Origin: Spirochaetaceae bacterium
GTDB taxonomy: Bacteria > Spirochaetota > Spirochaetia > DSM-2461
Length of the DNA stretch: 64,000 nucleotides
Assembly: GCA_051531975.1 (NCBI GenBank)
Contig: JAOPTT010000014.1
Span: 64,001-128,000, forward strand
Direction of reading: 5' to 3'
Shown piece by piece: positions 9,604 through 19,199 of this stretch (positions are counted from its first letter, which is position 1; the number at the start of each line of letters is the position of its first letter). Made by a program: the position numbers and the translations under genes. The notes under the pieces were generated by a model. The model was not told the DNA's origin, searched no databases, and saw only the letters and a list, made by a program, of their open reading frames with translations.

Positions 9604-10239
9604 CTACCCCTTAACCCGGGCAAAACCATATTTAAGGTGTCTTAACATAACTTCCTCTGCTGCATCTGGGTCTCCACTAAAAATAGCCTCTGCAACTTTT
9701 TTATGACTATCTATACTAGACTTGAAATTTATATCCGATGCATTTTGATTACTTAAACTGATAATGTTATAAGAAGATAACATAGTACTTAACATATTAT
9801 TTTGACTCATTTCCATTATTTGTTTATGAAACTCATAATCATGATTATTAAACTCTGCAAAGTCACTACTTGATACTATATGAACTGCATCTAAAGCCAT
9901 ATCCAGTAGTTCTTTTTTTTGTTCTGAGGTTCCAAACTCAGCTGCCTTCCTTGCACCTAAAGGTTCTAAACGTAATCTAATATCAAATAGATTCAGTCTC
10001 TCCTCTTGGCTCATTTCATATATAAAAAATCCACGCCTAGGTATACTTTTAACTAACCACTCTTTTTCTAACTTAGAGAATGCAGATAATATTGGAGTTC
10101 TAGATACACCTAATTTTGATGCGATATCTTCTTGAACTAGTTTCTGCCCTGGAACTAACTCTCTATTTAAGATCATATCTTTTATACTTGTATATACTTT
10201 TTCTGTTAACCCTAGTGTTTCAACTTTATATTCTTTCAT
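9604..10239 (-). CDS. GntR family regulator (FCD domain)
   Basis: LGVSRTPI..IPRRG; DIRLRLE, DYEFH. Confidence 0.93.
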   Translation of the reverse strand: MKEYKVETLGLTEKVYTSIKDMILNRELVPGQKLVQEDIASKLGVSRTPILSAFSKLEKEWLVKSIPRRGFFIYEMSQEERLNLFDIRLRLEPLGARKAAEFGTSEQKKELLDMALDAVHIVSSSDFAEFNNHDYEFHKQIMEMSQNNMLSTMLSSYNIISLSNQNASDINFKSSIDSHKKVAEAIFSGDPDAAEEVMLRHLKYGFARVKG

Positions 10240-10279
10240 AAACTAAGTATGTAATTAAATTTGCTTGGCGTCAACGATG

Positions 10280-10357
10280 TTTTGTATACAAAATGATAAA
10301 AACAAAAAAATACTTATTGACAGCACATCTATTCCGTGTGTAATATATTGTATACAA
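10280..10357. promoter_or_regulatory. divergent promoter region with two TTGTATACAA operators
   Basis: TTTTGTATACAAAA 10280-10293 and TTGTATACAA 10348-10357; TTGACA(10317)-18-TAATAT(10341). Confidence 0.75.
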
Positions 10358-10379
10358 AATAATAAATAAGGATTAAACG

Positions 10380-11219
10380 TTGATTGGAGTTTCACCAGCA
10401 TTTTACATTTCTAAGAATACATCACATTTTACTGTCCAGGATCAAATAGATAGTATGAAATGGTTAAGTGACAATAATTTTAACTCTCTTCAACTAGAAG
10501 TCTTCCATTACGATCAGTTAGATCAGTGGACATTTAATAATTGTGTTAAACTCAAAGATTCATTAAGCGACAATGGACTTCAAGTTAGCCAGTTTGTAGC
10601 TCATTTTCTAATGAACTGTTTTGACAGTGTGGAGTCAATAAAGTCAGACAGTGGATTAGCCGAGTTAGAGTTTATCTCTGTTATTTTAAATAATTTTGAA
10701 CTCACTAAAACCATAACAGTTCCAGTTCCTGCTTTTGCTGGTGCAACTAATAACAGAGATATTCTCGATTTATTTGATAAAAAACTTAGCTTAATAGAAG
10801 CTATAGCAGTAAAACATAACCTAACTTTAGCTTTAGAGCCTCAACCAGGTAGTTTAGCAGCGGATCTAACATATCTTAAAAGGTTCGAGAATATTGGATT
10901 AAACCTAGATCCTGGCCATATTTCATGTAGTGGAATAGACCCATTTACATTAGGTTCTGATATTTTATCTAAGGTTAAAGCTACCCATCTATGCGAAAAT
11001 GATGGTATTAAGAATTTATCATTAAGACCTGGAAGTTTAGAATATAACTGGGCAGAATTAATAAATAATTTATTTGCTGCAGGGTATAAAGGATCTTTAG
11101 ATATAGAGATTATTTGTCCTGTAGAACAGGTTGAAGCTGAATACAGAAGTGGAAACTTTTTTTTAAGCACAATTTGTATACAAAATAACATATACAGTAA
11201 AGGAGTAATAAGAGTATGA
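10380..11219 (+). CDS. sugar phosphate isomerase/epimerase (xylose-isomerase-like TIM barrel)
   Basis: LALEP, LNLDPGH, THLCEND and LDIEI metal-site pattern. Confidence 0.8.
   Translation: MIGVSPAFYISKNTSHFTVQDQIDSMKWLSDNNFNSLQLEVFHYDQLDQWTFNNCVKLKDSLSDNGLQVSQFVAHFLMNCFDSVESIKSDSGLAELEFISVILNNFELTKTITVPVPAFAGATNNRDILDLFDKKLSLIEAIAVKHNLTLALEPQPGSLAADLTYLKRFENIGLNLDPGHISCSGIDPFTLGSDILSKVKATHLCENDGIKNLSLRPGSLEYNWAELINNLFAAGYKGSLDIEIICPVEQVEAEYRSGNFFLSTICIQNNIYSKGVIRV
11173..11184. promoter_or_regulatory. intragenic GntR-type operator upstream of the second isomerase gene
   Basis: TTTGTATACAAA 31 nt before ATG 11216. Confidence 0.55.
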
Positions 11220-12190
11220 GTAATCAGCCAAAATTTGGTTTAATAACCAGTTTCCTTGGGCAAACCCACGATAGGTTCCGTTCATATAATCAGCCTGCGA
11301 CAATTGAGGAAAAATTTACAATAATGCAGTCTTTATCAGATACTAATGGAGTAGAGCTTGTTTATCCATACGAGGTAAATGATGCCCCAAAAATTAAGTC
11401 TTTATTACCAAAGTATGGCTTAGAGATGGCTGCGGTTAATGTAAACATTAAAAAAGAAGATCTTTTTATTCACGGTAGTATTTCTAGTCCAGACAAGACA
11501 ATTAGAAAAGAAGCTGTACAGATGATTAAAGATGCAAAGGATTTCGCTGCAAATGTTGGTGCAGACAAAGTTCAATGTTGCCCATTAGGTGATGGATATG
11601 AGTATAGCTTTCAATCTGACTACTCAACTTCTTGGAAACATATTGTTGAATCTATAGAAGAAGCTGGAGCATATAAACCAGAGATTCCTCTATTTATAGA
11701 GTATAAACCTAATGAAATTAGAGGTAACTGTTTTATTAACAACGCTGCAAAAACACTTTGTCTTTTAAAAGATGTTGGAAACACAGCTGTTGGTACTACT
11801 TTAGATTTTGGTCACTCAATTTATGGTGGAGAAACTCCAGCAGAAGCACTTTGTCTATTAGCAGATAGTGATTACCCATACTATGTTCATATTAATGATA
11901 ATGACGGTAGATGGGATTGGGACTACATGTGTGGAACAAACCATTTTCAGCAATATGTAGAGTTTGTTTATTACTTAAAAAGATTTGGTTATAGCGACTA
12001 TTTAACATCTGATACATCCCCTACTCGGGTTGATATGAAAGAGTGTTTTGAAGCAAATGCCAGATGGACAAGAAAAATATGGGATCTATTAGACACTATG
12101 GATCTTAAACATCTAACTAGTCTTTTAAATCAGACTGATTTTATCAAGAACTGGAAATTTTTAGAAAAAGAACTCTATTTTAGAGGGTAA
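11216..12190 (+). CDS. xylose-isomerase-like sugar isomerase
   Basis: IEYKPNEIR, TLDFGH, VHINDNDGRWDWD. Confidence 0.85.
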   Translation: MSNQPKFGLITSFLGQTHDRFRSYNQPATIEEKFTIMQSLSDTNGVELVYPYEVNDAPKIKSLLPKYGLEMAAVNVNIKKEDLFIHGSISSPDKTIRKEAVQMIKDAKDFAANVGADKVQCCPLGDGYEYSFQSDYSTSWKHIVESIEEAGAYKPEIPLFIEYKPNEIRGNCFINNAAKTLCLLKDVGNTAVGTTLDFGHSIYGGETPAEALCLLADSDYPYYVHINDNDGRWDWDYMCGTNHFQQYVEFVYYLKRFGYSDYLTSDTSPTRVDMKECFEANARWTRKIWDLLDTMDLKHLTSLLNQTDFIKNWKFLEKELYFRG

Positions 12191-12242
12191 AAAAGCAATA
12201 CACAGACAGTATAGTCTGTTAATATATTTGAAGGAGATTATT

Positions 12243-13244
12243 ATGAAGAAATTGTTATTACTGGTAACATGTGTTTTAGTATCAGGAATTCTTTTTGCAG
12301 AGGGTCAGCAGGAATATCCTGCTAGAGACATCACTAACGTATTAGTTTGGGGTGCTGGTGGTGGAACCGACTCATGTAACCGTGTTGTAATGGCAGAAAT
12401 GTCTAAAGAACTAGGTGTTAACATCAATGTTGTTAATAAGCCTGGTGGTGTTGCCGGATCAGTTGGTATGGCTGATGCTTTCTCAAAAGAATCAGATGGT
12501 TATACTATCTGTGGTCTTTCTGAATCTTGTGTAACTTCTGCAGTTATGGGTGGATTTCACGAAAGAATGAATGTTTGGGACTTTTTTGTAATAGGTGGAT
12601 CTCCTGATGTACTTTCAGTAACTGCTGATGCTCCTTATAATACTATTGAAGAGTTAGTTGAATATGCTAAAGCAAACCCAGGAGAAATCCAGGCTGGCGC
12701 AGCTGGTGCAGGTTCAATTCACCACTTAAACTTATTAGCTTTAGAAAAAGGTACTGGTGCTGACTTTAACTTTATACCTTACGATGGTTCAGCTCCTGCT
12801 CAAAACGCTGCAATGACAGGTGAAATTACAGTAATTATTACTTCTGTTGCAGAGCAAGCTCAACTAATTAGAGGTGGAAAATTAAAGCCACTAGCTGTTT
12901 TAGTTCCAGATGCATTTGACCTTGACGGAATGATGTTACCATCAGCATTAAAAGCATACCCATCATTAAATGAAGTTTTACCAATAGGTCAAGCAATTGG
13001 TTTTGGTATTAAAAAAGATGCTGACCAGGCTATTAAAGATAAATTAACAGATGCATTTAAAGTTGCAATGAAATCAAAAGCTGTTCAAGACTTTGGTAAA
13101 AACAACTTTTATATTCTATCTGGTGCTTATGGTTCAGAAGCTGGAAAGATATTTGACGATTTAGAGTCAAACTTTGCATGGACTTTAGATGAACTAGGTT
13201 CAGCTAAAATTAGCCCTGCTTCTTTAGGGATTCCTAAACTTTAA
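12243..13244 (+). CDS. tctC: tripartite tricarboxylate transporter substrate-binding protein (TctC/Bug)
   Basis: YPARDI..WGAGGGTD..VVNKPGG..DGYT..IPYDG; signal peptide; AAGGAG RBS. Confidence 0.92.
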   Translation: MKKLLLLVTCVLVSGILFAEGQQEYPARDITNVLVWGAGGGTDSCNRVVMAEMSKELGVNINVVNKPGGVAGSVGMADAFSKESDGYTICGLSESCVTSAVMGGFHERMNVWDFFVIGGSPDVLSVTADAPYNTIEELVEYAKANPGEIQAGAAGAGSIHHLNLLALEKGTGADFNFIPYDGSAPAQNAAMTGEITVIITSVAEQAQLIRGGKLKPLAVLVPDAFDLDGMMLPSALKAYPSLNEVLPIGQAIGFGIKKDADQAIKDKLTDAFKVAMKSKAVQDFGKNNFYILSGAYGSEAGKIFDDLESNFAWTLDELGSAKISPASLGIPKL

Positions 13245-13273
13245 GAATCCCAAAACATAATAAATTCAATTTT

Positions 13274-13295
13274 GGATACCTCCTGGGAGGTATCC
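13274..13295 (+). terminator. intercistronic stem-loop after tctC (mRNA stabiliser or partial terminator)
   Basis: GGATACCTCC-TG-GGAGGTATCC. Confidence 0.6.
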
Positions 13296-13327
13296 TTATA
13301 TTAGAAATCTAGAGAGGAAACCTGGAA

Positions 13328-14074
13328 ATGGAAGAAAAAAAACTTCGACAATACGATTTTGTAACAGCCATTGGACTAATATTATTTAGTTTTTGGGAAC
13401 TTGCAGAAGCACTTAAAATGCCTATGAAGGAATCATATGGAGGAGTACAAAACGATTGGTATGTATCTCCTGCTCTTCTGCCTCTTTTTATCGGTCTAGG
13501 AATTCTGCTTTTAGGAACACTTTTATTAGTTAATGCAATAAAAAGTGGCGGTGCTAAATCATTTATTGATGCAGCTAAAGCTAGTTCAAACATGAAGTTA
13601 ACTGTGGAGACTAAAAGAGTTTTTACTACAGTATTAGCCCTATTTACATTTATATTTTTACTTATTCCAAATGTAGACTTTTTCCTGAGCATAATACTAT
13701 TTCTTTTTGTTATATGTTCAGCATTTCTACCAGATGAGGAAGAGTACAGAAAAATAATAAACGGACAATTAATTATTGCAGCTATCGTATTATCAGTAAT
13801 AGCTTTTACTGGTGTTGGCGACCTATTAAGGGGAGTATTTAAATATACACTTGATATTTTAGCTTTACTGTTTATTATCTACATTAATATTTATAGTCGT
13901 ATTAAAGCTAAGGGTTTTAACTTTTCCGCTAAAATTTTGAGAAAAATAACTATTATATCAATAATAGTTCCTTTAATACTTTGTCCATTATTTCGGTATT
14001 TTTTACTTGTACCGCTACCGGTTGAAGGTGGAATCATTAAACTAATGAACCTTCTTTATTACACAATAAGATAG
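13328..14074 (+). CDS. tctB: TTT transporter small membrane subunit (TctB-like, extended)
   Basis: Position between tctC and tctA; SPALLP and LFRYFLLVPLP motifs. Confidence 0.75.
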   Translation: MEEKKLRQYDFVTAIGLILFSFWELAEALKMPMKESYGGVQNDWYVSPALLPLFIGLGILLLGTLLLVNAIKSGGAKSFIDAAKASSNMKLTVETKRVFTTVLALFTFIFLLIPNVDFFLSIILFLFVICSAFLPDEEEYRKIINGQLIIAAIVLSVIAFTGVGDLLRGVFKYTLDILALLFIIYINIYSRIKAKGFNFSAKILRKITIISIIVPLILCPLFRYFLLVPLPVEGGIIKLMNLLYYTIR

Positions 14075-14087
14075 GCAGGGAGGTCAT

Positions 14088-15638
14088 ATGGAATTTTTAG
14101 AACCGTTACAGGTATTTTTAGTTAATATAGGTGGATTAATAACTAATCCAGTTTCCATGCTGATTCTTTTTGGATCTGTTATTATGGGTATCGTATTTGG
14201 AGCAACACCAGGATTAACAGCAACTTTAGGTGTAGCATTATTAACAACATTAACATATGGAATGGATGTTTCAACAGCAATGGTTGCCCTAATGGGTATT
14301 TACGTTGGTGGAGTTTATGGTGGTAGTTATACTGCGATATTAGTAAACATTCCAGGAACAGCAGCATCGGCTGCAACAGCATTAGATGGATATCCACTAG
14401 CCTTAAAAGGCCAAGCTGGACGAGCACTTGGTTTAACTACTACTTCATCAGCTATTGGAACAGTTATTGGAATGGTATTTGTTGTACTTCTATCTCCGAT
14501 AATCTCCGCTTTAGCACTTGAGTTTACATCCTTTGAGTTCTTTTTACTTGCACTTTTTGGTATTGTAATTAGTGGAACTTTAACCAGTCAAGATTTAGTT
14601 TACAAAGGTTGGATCGCAGGACTTATAGGTCTATGGTTTTCAACAATTGGTCGAGATAGTCTACAGTTCTTCCCAAGATATACTTTTGGAATGAATGAAT
14701 TAGAAGGTGGTTTAGACCTTGTACCTGTTCTTATTGGTGCATTTGGTATACCACAAATAATGCAGACAATTAGAGACAATTTTAAAATAAAAGAGACAAA
14801 AAAGTTTAAAAGAATATTACCTGAGATTGGTACAATAGTAAAAAATACTCCATCTATAATTAGATCATCTTTAATAGGTGTTGGTATTGGAGCTGTTCCA
14901 GGAATCGGGGAAGATATAGCAGGTTGGGTATCATACGGTGCGGCCAAAAAAGCTAGTAAACACCCAGAAGAATTTGGTAAAGGTTCAGTAGAAGCTGTAA
15001 TATCAACTGAGACAGCTAATAATGCATGTATTGGTGGAGCAATGATTCCTCTATTAAACTTAGGAATTCCAGGAAGTCCTCCAGCAGCAATGTTATTAGG
15101 TGCTTTTATGTTACATGGTATACAACCTGGTCCCATGTTAAGTATTGATAGACCTACATTTGTTTTAGAGATAACTGCAATTTTACTACTAGCATCCATT
15201 ACGATGTGGGTATGTGGAATGTTATTAACTAAACAAGTTATTAAGGTTTTAAAAATACCAACATCCCTATTTATGCCAATAATTGCAGTACTTTGTGTAA
15301 TTGGTTCATATGCACTTGGAATGAGAATTTTTAACCTATACTTAATGTTACCTATAGGAATAATAGCTTACTTATTATCCGAAATGAAATATCCAATTGC
15401 CCCACTAATAATTGGAGTAATACTTGGAGATATGTGTGACCAAAACCTTAGAAGAGCATTAATGGTTTCTAAAGGAAGTTTCATGCCAGTACTTACTAGG
15501 CCAGTGTCGTTAGTATTAGTAATAATAATTTTAGTACTAATTGCAGGACAGATTCCATTCTTTCAGAGATTACAGAAAACAATGAAAGATAAGTTTATGT
15601 CTATGTTTAGCAGAAAGGTTAAAACAGAAGAAGCTTAA
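14088..15638 (+). CDS. tctA: TTT transporter large permease
   Basis: GATPGL, NIPGT..ATALDGYP, ETANNA, LGIPGS. Confidence 0.95.
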   Translation: MEFLEPLQVFLVNIGGLITNPVSMLILFGSVIMGIVFGATPGLTATLGVALLTTLTYGMDVSTAMVALMGIYVGGVYGGSYTAILVNIPGTAASAATALDGYPLALKGQAGRALGLTTTSSAIGTVIGMVFVVLLSPIISALALEFTSFEFFLLALFGIVISGTLTSQDLVYKGWIAGLIGLWFSTIGRDSLQFFPRYTFGMNELEGGLDLVPVLIGAFGIPQIMQTIRDNFKIKETKKFKRILPEIGTIVKNTPSIIRSSLIGVGIGAVPGIGEDIAGWVSYGAAKKASKHPEEFGKGSVEAVISTETANNACIGGAMIPLLNLGIPGSPPAAMLLGAFMLHGIQPGPMLSIDRPTFVLEITAILLLASITMWVCGMLLTKQVIKVLKIPTSLFMPIIAVLCVIGSYALGMRIFNLYLMLPIGIIAYLLSEMKYPIAPLIIGVILGDMCDQNLRRALMVSKGSFMPVLTRPVSLVLVIIILVLIAGQIPFFQRLQKTMKDKFMSMFSRKVKTEEA

Positions 15639-15685
15639 TACAACACAATAAAACTAAATTAAACAGAATATCTCAGGAGTAAATT

Positions 15686-16522
15686 ATGAATAATAATGAA
15701 AAGACAATCGAGCTACGTCTAAAAGCTAAAGAGCTTCGAACAACAACATTAAAAATGATACATAAAGCTGGTTCAGGACATCCTGGAGGTTCTTTATCAG
15801 CTGCAGATTTTATGACTGCGTTATATTTTAATGAATTAAATATTAGACCAGAAGAGCCTAATTGGGCAGATAGAGATCGGTTTGTTCTATCAAAAGGTCA
15901 TGTTTGCCCTATTTTATACTCTTCTTTGGCTCTAAAAGGATATTTCCCATATAAAACAATTTATACATTAAGGGTTCAAGGTTCCATTTTACAAGGTCAC
16001 CCTGATATGAAAGTTTGTCCAGGTATTGATATTAGCACTGGGTCTTTAGGGCAAGGTTTATCAACTGCTGTAGGAATGGCATTAGCTGCTAAAAGAGATG
16101 GTAAAGATTATAGGGCATTCTGTGTAGTTGGGGATGGTGAGTGTAACGAAGGTCAGATTTGGGAAGCTGTTATGACTGCTGTTAAATACGAGTTAGATAA
16201 CTTAGTTATTATTGTAGATAACAACAACTTACAAAATGATAATTCATGTGATGTTGTAATGCCTACAGGTGACCTTAAAGGTAAGTTTGAAGCCTTTGGA
16301 TGTGAGTCTTTTGATATAGATGGTCATGATATGGCGGAAATATTGGATACATTAGATAAAATTAGAGCAAGCAAAGTAAAAGCTCCTAAATGTATTGTTG
16401 GTAAAACTGTAAAAGGTAAAGGTGTATCTTTTATGGAGAATGTTGTTGGATGGCATGGAATGGCTCCTAACGATGAGCAACTAGCAATAGCACTAAAAGA
16501 GATAAACGAGGTAGAAGTATGA
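15686..16522 (+). CDS. transketolase, N-terminal (ThDP-binding) subunit
   Basis: SGHPGGSLS, LSKGH, TGSLGQG, GDGECNEG. Confidence 0.95.
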   Translation: MNNNEKTIELRLKAKELRTTTLKMIHKAGSGHPGGSLSAADFMTALYFNELNIRPEEPNWADRDRFVLSKGHVCPILYSSLALKGYFPYKTIYTLRVQGSILQGHPDMKVCPGIDISTGSLGQGLSTAVGMALAAKRDGKDYRAFCVVGDGECNEGQIWEAVMTAVKYELDNLVIIVDNNNLQNDNSCDVVMPTGDLKGKFEAFGCESFDIDGHDMAEILDTLDKIRASKVKAPKCIVGKTVKGKGVSFMENVVGWHGMAPNDEQLAIALKEINEVEV

Positions 16523-17463
16523 GTGGAAAAGCAACTAGAGAAGCGTACGGTGAAGCGATATTAGAATTAGGAAAGGCAAATCCAGATATATATATAGTAG
16601 ATGCAGATATTGGTAAATCATGTAAAACTACTGCATTTTTTGAGCAGTTACCTAGACAACATATAAACGTTGGAATTGCAGAGCAAAACTGTTGTGGTGT
16701 AGCCGCTGGTTTAGCAACAACAGGTAAAATTCCATTTGTAACTACATATGCAGTATTTGGTAGTATGAGAATGGTTGAACAAATAAGACAAGAAGTTTGT
16801 TATCCTAAATTAAATGTTAAAATAGCATGTTCACATGGCGGATTTACTCCTGCAAGTGATGGTGCAAGCCACCAAGCTATTGAAGATATGGGTATTTTAA
16901 GAACTATTCCAGGTATGACAGTTATTATGCCTGCAGACTACTACTCTGCTAAAAAATTAGTTCATGCTGCTGCGAAAATGCATGGTGCTGTTTATTTAAG
17001 ATTTACTAGAGACCCAATACCATTTATCTACCCAGAAGATGCTGAGTTTGAAATTGGTAAAGCGGTTGAATTAAAGAAAGGTTCTGATCTTGCAATTATA
17101 GCTAATGGAGATATTATGTCTATTGCTGTTAAAGCTGCTGGAGAGCTAGAGAAACAAGGGGTATCAGTTAGAGTATTAGATATGCATACAATAAAACCAC
17201 TAGATGAAGATGCTGTGAACAGAGCAATTGATGAGTGTGGTAAAATAATTACTGTTGAAGACCACAATATTTTAAATGGTTTAGGTAGTGCAGTATGCGA
17301 AATTGTAGCTGAACGTGGTAAAGGTAAAGTAAAACGTGTAGGAATCCAAGATAAATTTGGAGAGTCTGCACCATATGAGTATCTACTTGGTATTAATGGT
17401 ATTACTATCGGGAATATAGTAAAATCTGCCCAAGAGATGCTTAAACAGAGAGGTAAACAGTGA
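16519..17463 (+). CDS. transketolase, C-terminal subunit
   Basis: VGIAEQN, DGASHQAIED, TVEDH; 4-nt overlap with the N-subunit gene. Confidence 0.95.
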   Translation: MSGKATREAYGEAILELGKANPDIYIVDADIGKSCKTTAFFEQLPRQHINVGIAEQNCCGVAAGLATTGKIPFVTTYAVFGSMRMVEQIRQEVCYPKLNVKIACSHGGFTPASDGASHQAIEDMGILRTIPGMTVIMPADYYSAKKLVHAAAKMHGAVYLRFTRDPIPFIYPEDAEFEIGKAVELKKGSDLAIIANGDIMSIAVKAAGELEKQGVSVRVLDMHTIKPLDEDAVNRAIDECGKIITVEDHNILNGLGSAVCEIVAERGKGKVKRVGIQDKFGESAPYEYLLGINGITIGNIVKSAQEMLKQRGKQ

Positions 17464-18416
17464 AAATAGTAGTACTAGATGGTTATTCATTAAATCCTGG
17501 TGATCTATCCTGGGATGGATTTAAAAGCCTAGGAGATTTTGTCTGTTACGACAGAACAGAGATAAAAGATATATTAGCAAGAATTGGCAATGCTGAAATT
17601 GTAATTACAAATAAAACACCCTTAGGTGCAGAAATAATTTCAGCATGTCCAAAGCTAAAATACATTGGTGTTTTAGCAACAGGATATAATGTTGTTGATG
17701 TAAAAGCTGCAACAGATAATAGTGTAACGGTTTGTAACATCCCAACTTATGGTACAGCTGCAGTAGGGCAATTTGTTTTTGCTCTACTTCTAAATATTTG
17801 TCACCATGTACAAGATCATAGTGATGCTGTTAAAAAAGGACAGTGGACTAGTTCCCCTGATTTTTGCTTTTGGAATTATCCATTAACAGAGTTAGCAGGT
17901 AAAACTTTGGGTATAATTGGTTATGGTAGAATTGGGCAATCTACAGGTAAAATTGCTCAGGCTTTTGGTATGAATGTTATCGCATTCGATGCATATCATA
18001 ATAAAGATTTAGTTTGCGATACAATGAAGTATGGAACATTAGATGATCTATTAAAACAATCTGATGTTATATCACTTCATTGTCCACTATTTGAATCTAC
18101 GGTCGGTATAATAAACAAAGATAGCATAGCTAAAATGAAGGATGGAGTTATTATTATAAATACATCTAGAGGGCCTTTAATTGTAGAGGATGATTTAGCT
18201 GTAGCTCTTAAAAGTGGTAAAGTTAGAGCTGCTGGTTTAGATGTTGTATCAACTGAACCAATAACTTCTGAAAACGTACTACTTAATATAGAGAACTGTT
18301 TTATTACACCACATATTGCTTGGGCTCCTATTGAAGCTCGAGATAGACTAATGAACATAGCTGTAGATAATCTTAAATGTTTTATCGATGGTAATAATCA
18401 AAATAGTGTAAACTAA
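17460..18416 (+). CDS. D-2-hydroxyacid dehydrogenase (glycerate dehydrogenase/hydroxypyruvate reductase type)
   Basis: MKIVVLDG..NPGDLSW, GYGRIG, INTSRG, TPHIAW. Confidence 0.9.
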   Translation: MKIVVLDGYSLNPGDLSWDGFKSLGDFVCYDRTEIKDILARIGNAEIVITNKTPLGAEIISACPKLKYIGVLATGYNVVDVKAATDNSVTVCNIPTYGTAAVGQFVFALLLNICHHVQDHSDAVKKGQWTSSPDFCFWNYPLTELAGKTLGIIGYGRIGQSTGKIAQAFGMNVIAFDAYHNKDLVCDTMKYGTLDDLLKQSDVISLHCPLFESTVGIINKDSIAKMKDGVIIINTSRGPLIVEDDLAVALKSGKVRAAGLDVVSTEPITSENVLLNIENCFITPHIAWAPIEARDRLMNIAVDNLKCFIDGNNQNSVN

Positions 18417-18438
18417 TATAGATCAAAAATATCCTATG

Positions 18439-18471
18439 GAGGACTTGTTATAAACAAGTCCTCTTCTATTT
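18439..18471 (+). terminator. intrinsic terminator of the catabolic operon
   Basis: GAGGACTTGTT-ATA-AACAAGTCCTC followed by TTCTATTT. Confidence 0.85.
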
Positions 18472-18565
18472 ATAACATAGTTATTTACATATAAAATAAA
18501 AAATTGTTTCAATTTTTCTATATTCAGTGTGATAATAGAAAACAGAAATTAAAGGATGTATTACT

Positions 18566-19072
18566 ATGTATGATACTCGTAATGAAATATGGAATTCTAC
18601 TTGGAACTCATATTATGATACTTTTTATCAAGAGTTATTAGCTGAAGAATTAGAAGTTAGATGGAAGCGATTTGATGACATATCTAGAATTCTTATAGCA
18701 ATTACCGCATCAACCTCTGCTATATCTGGTTGGGCACTATGGAGTAATAAAGACTTCAAAATTATTTGGGTTTTTCTTGCAGCAATCGGCGCATTACTTT
18801 CTTTAGTTACGAAATCATTAGATATTCCCAGGAGAATATCCGATTGGAATGATTCAAAAAAATATTTCACAACACTTAGAATTGATTACCAAATTTTTTT
18901 AGATGAACTAGGGTTTAATCCCGAATTTTCTACTATCGATGCAACCGTAACAGTTCGTAATCTCAGACTAAGATATGCTGAAGGTTATAAGGAGATGCTT
19001 AATGATTCCTTCATAACTCAGAAACTTAAAATCATGATACAAGATAGTGTTAACAATAACATGAAACAATAG
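18566..19072 (+). CDS. 2-TM protein with SLATT-like architecture
   Basis: Amphipathic N-helix, two TM segments (ILIAITASTSAISGWALW; IIWVFLAAIGALLSLV), helical C-terminus; AAGGA RBS. Confidence 0.6.
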   Translation: MYDTRNEIWNSTWNSYYDTFYQELLAEELEVRWKRFDDISRILIAITASTSAISGWALWSNKDFKIIWVFLAAIGALLSLVTKSLDIPRRISDWNDSKKYFTTLRIDYQIFLDELGFNPEFSTIDATVTVRNLRLRYAEGYKEMLNDSFITQKLKIMIQDSVNNNMKQ

Positions 19073-19097
19073 TATACTTATAGTAAGGAGTAATAAA

Positions 19098-19172
19098 ATG
19101 GGAATCAAATCAGGACCACCAAAACCAAAGCCATCACCACCACCTAGACCAATGCCATCATCATCTAAATAA
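19098..19172 (+). CDS. 24-aa proline-rich peptide MGIKSGPPKPKPSPPPRPMPSSSK (not in ORF track)
   Basis: TAAGGAG 7 nt before ATG; 9 Pro codons (8 CCA) form a C-rich patch in AT-rich DNA. Confidence 0.7.
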   Translation: MGIKSGPPKPKPSPPPRPMPSSSK

Positions 19173-19199
19173 AAATCACAAAAACATCCTGCTCTAATT

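Noticed and set aside
10380..17463. Calling the cluster the known apiose (ApsI/AplK/AptAB) or sulfoquinovose transketolase pathway
   Set aside because: No apulose kinase, apionate oxidoisomerase or sulfoquinovosidase is present; the substrate cannot be assigned from sequence.
18566..19072. Part of a CBASS or Thoeris-type locus
   Set aside because: No nucleotidyltransferase, TIR, SLOG or other defence gene is adjacent.
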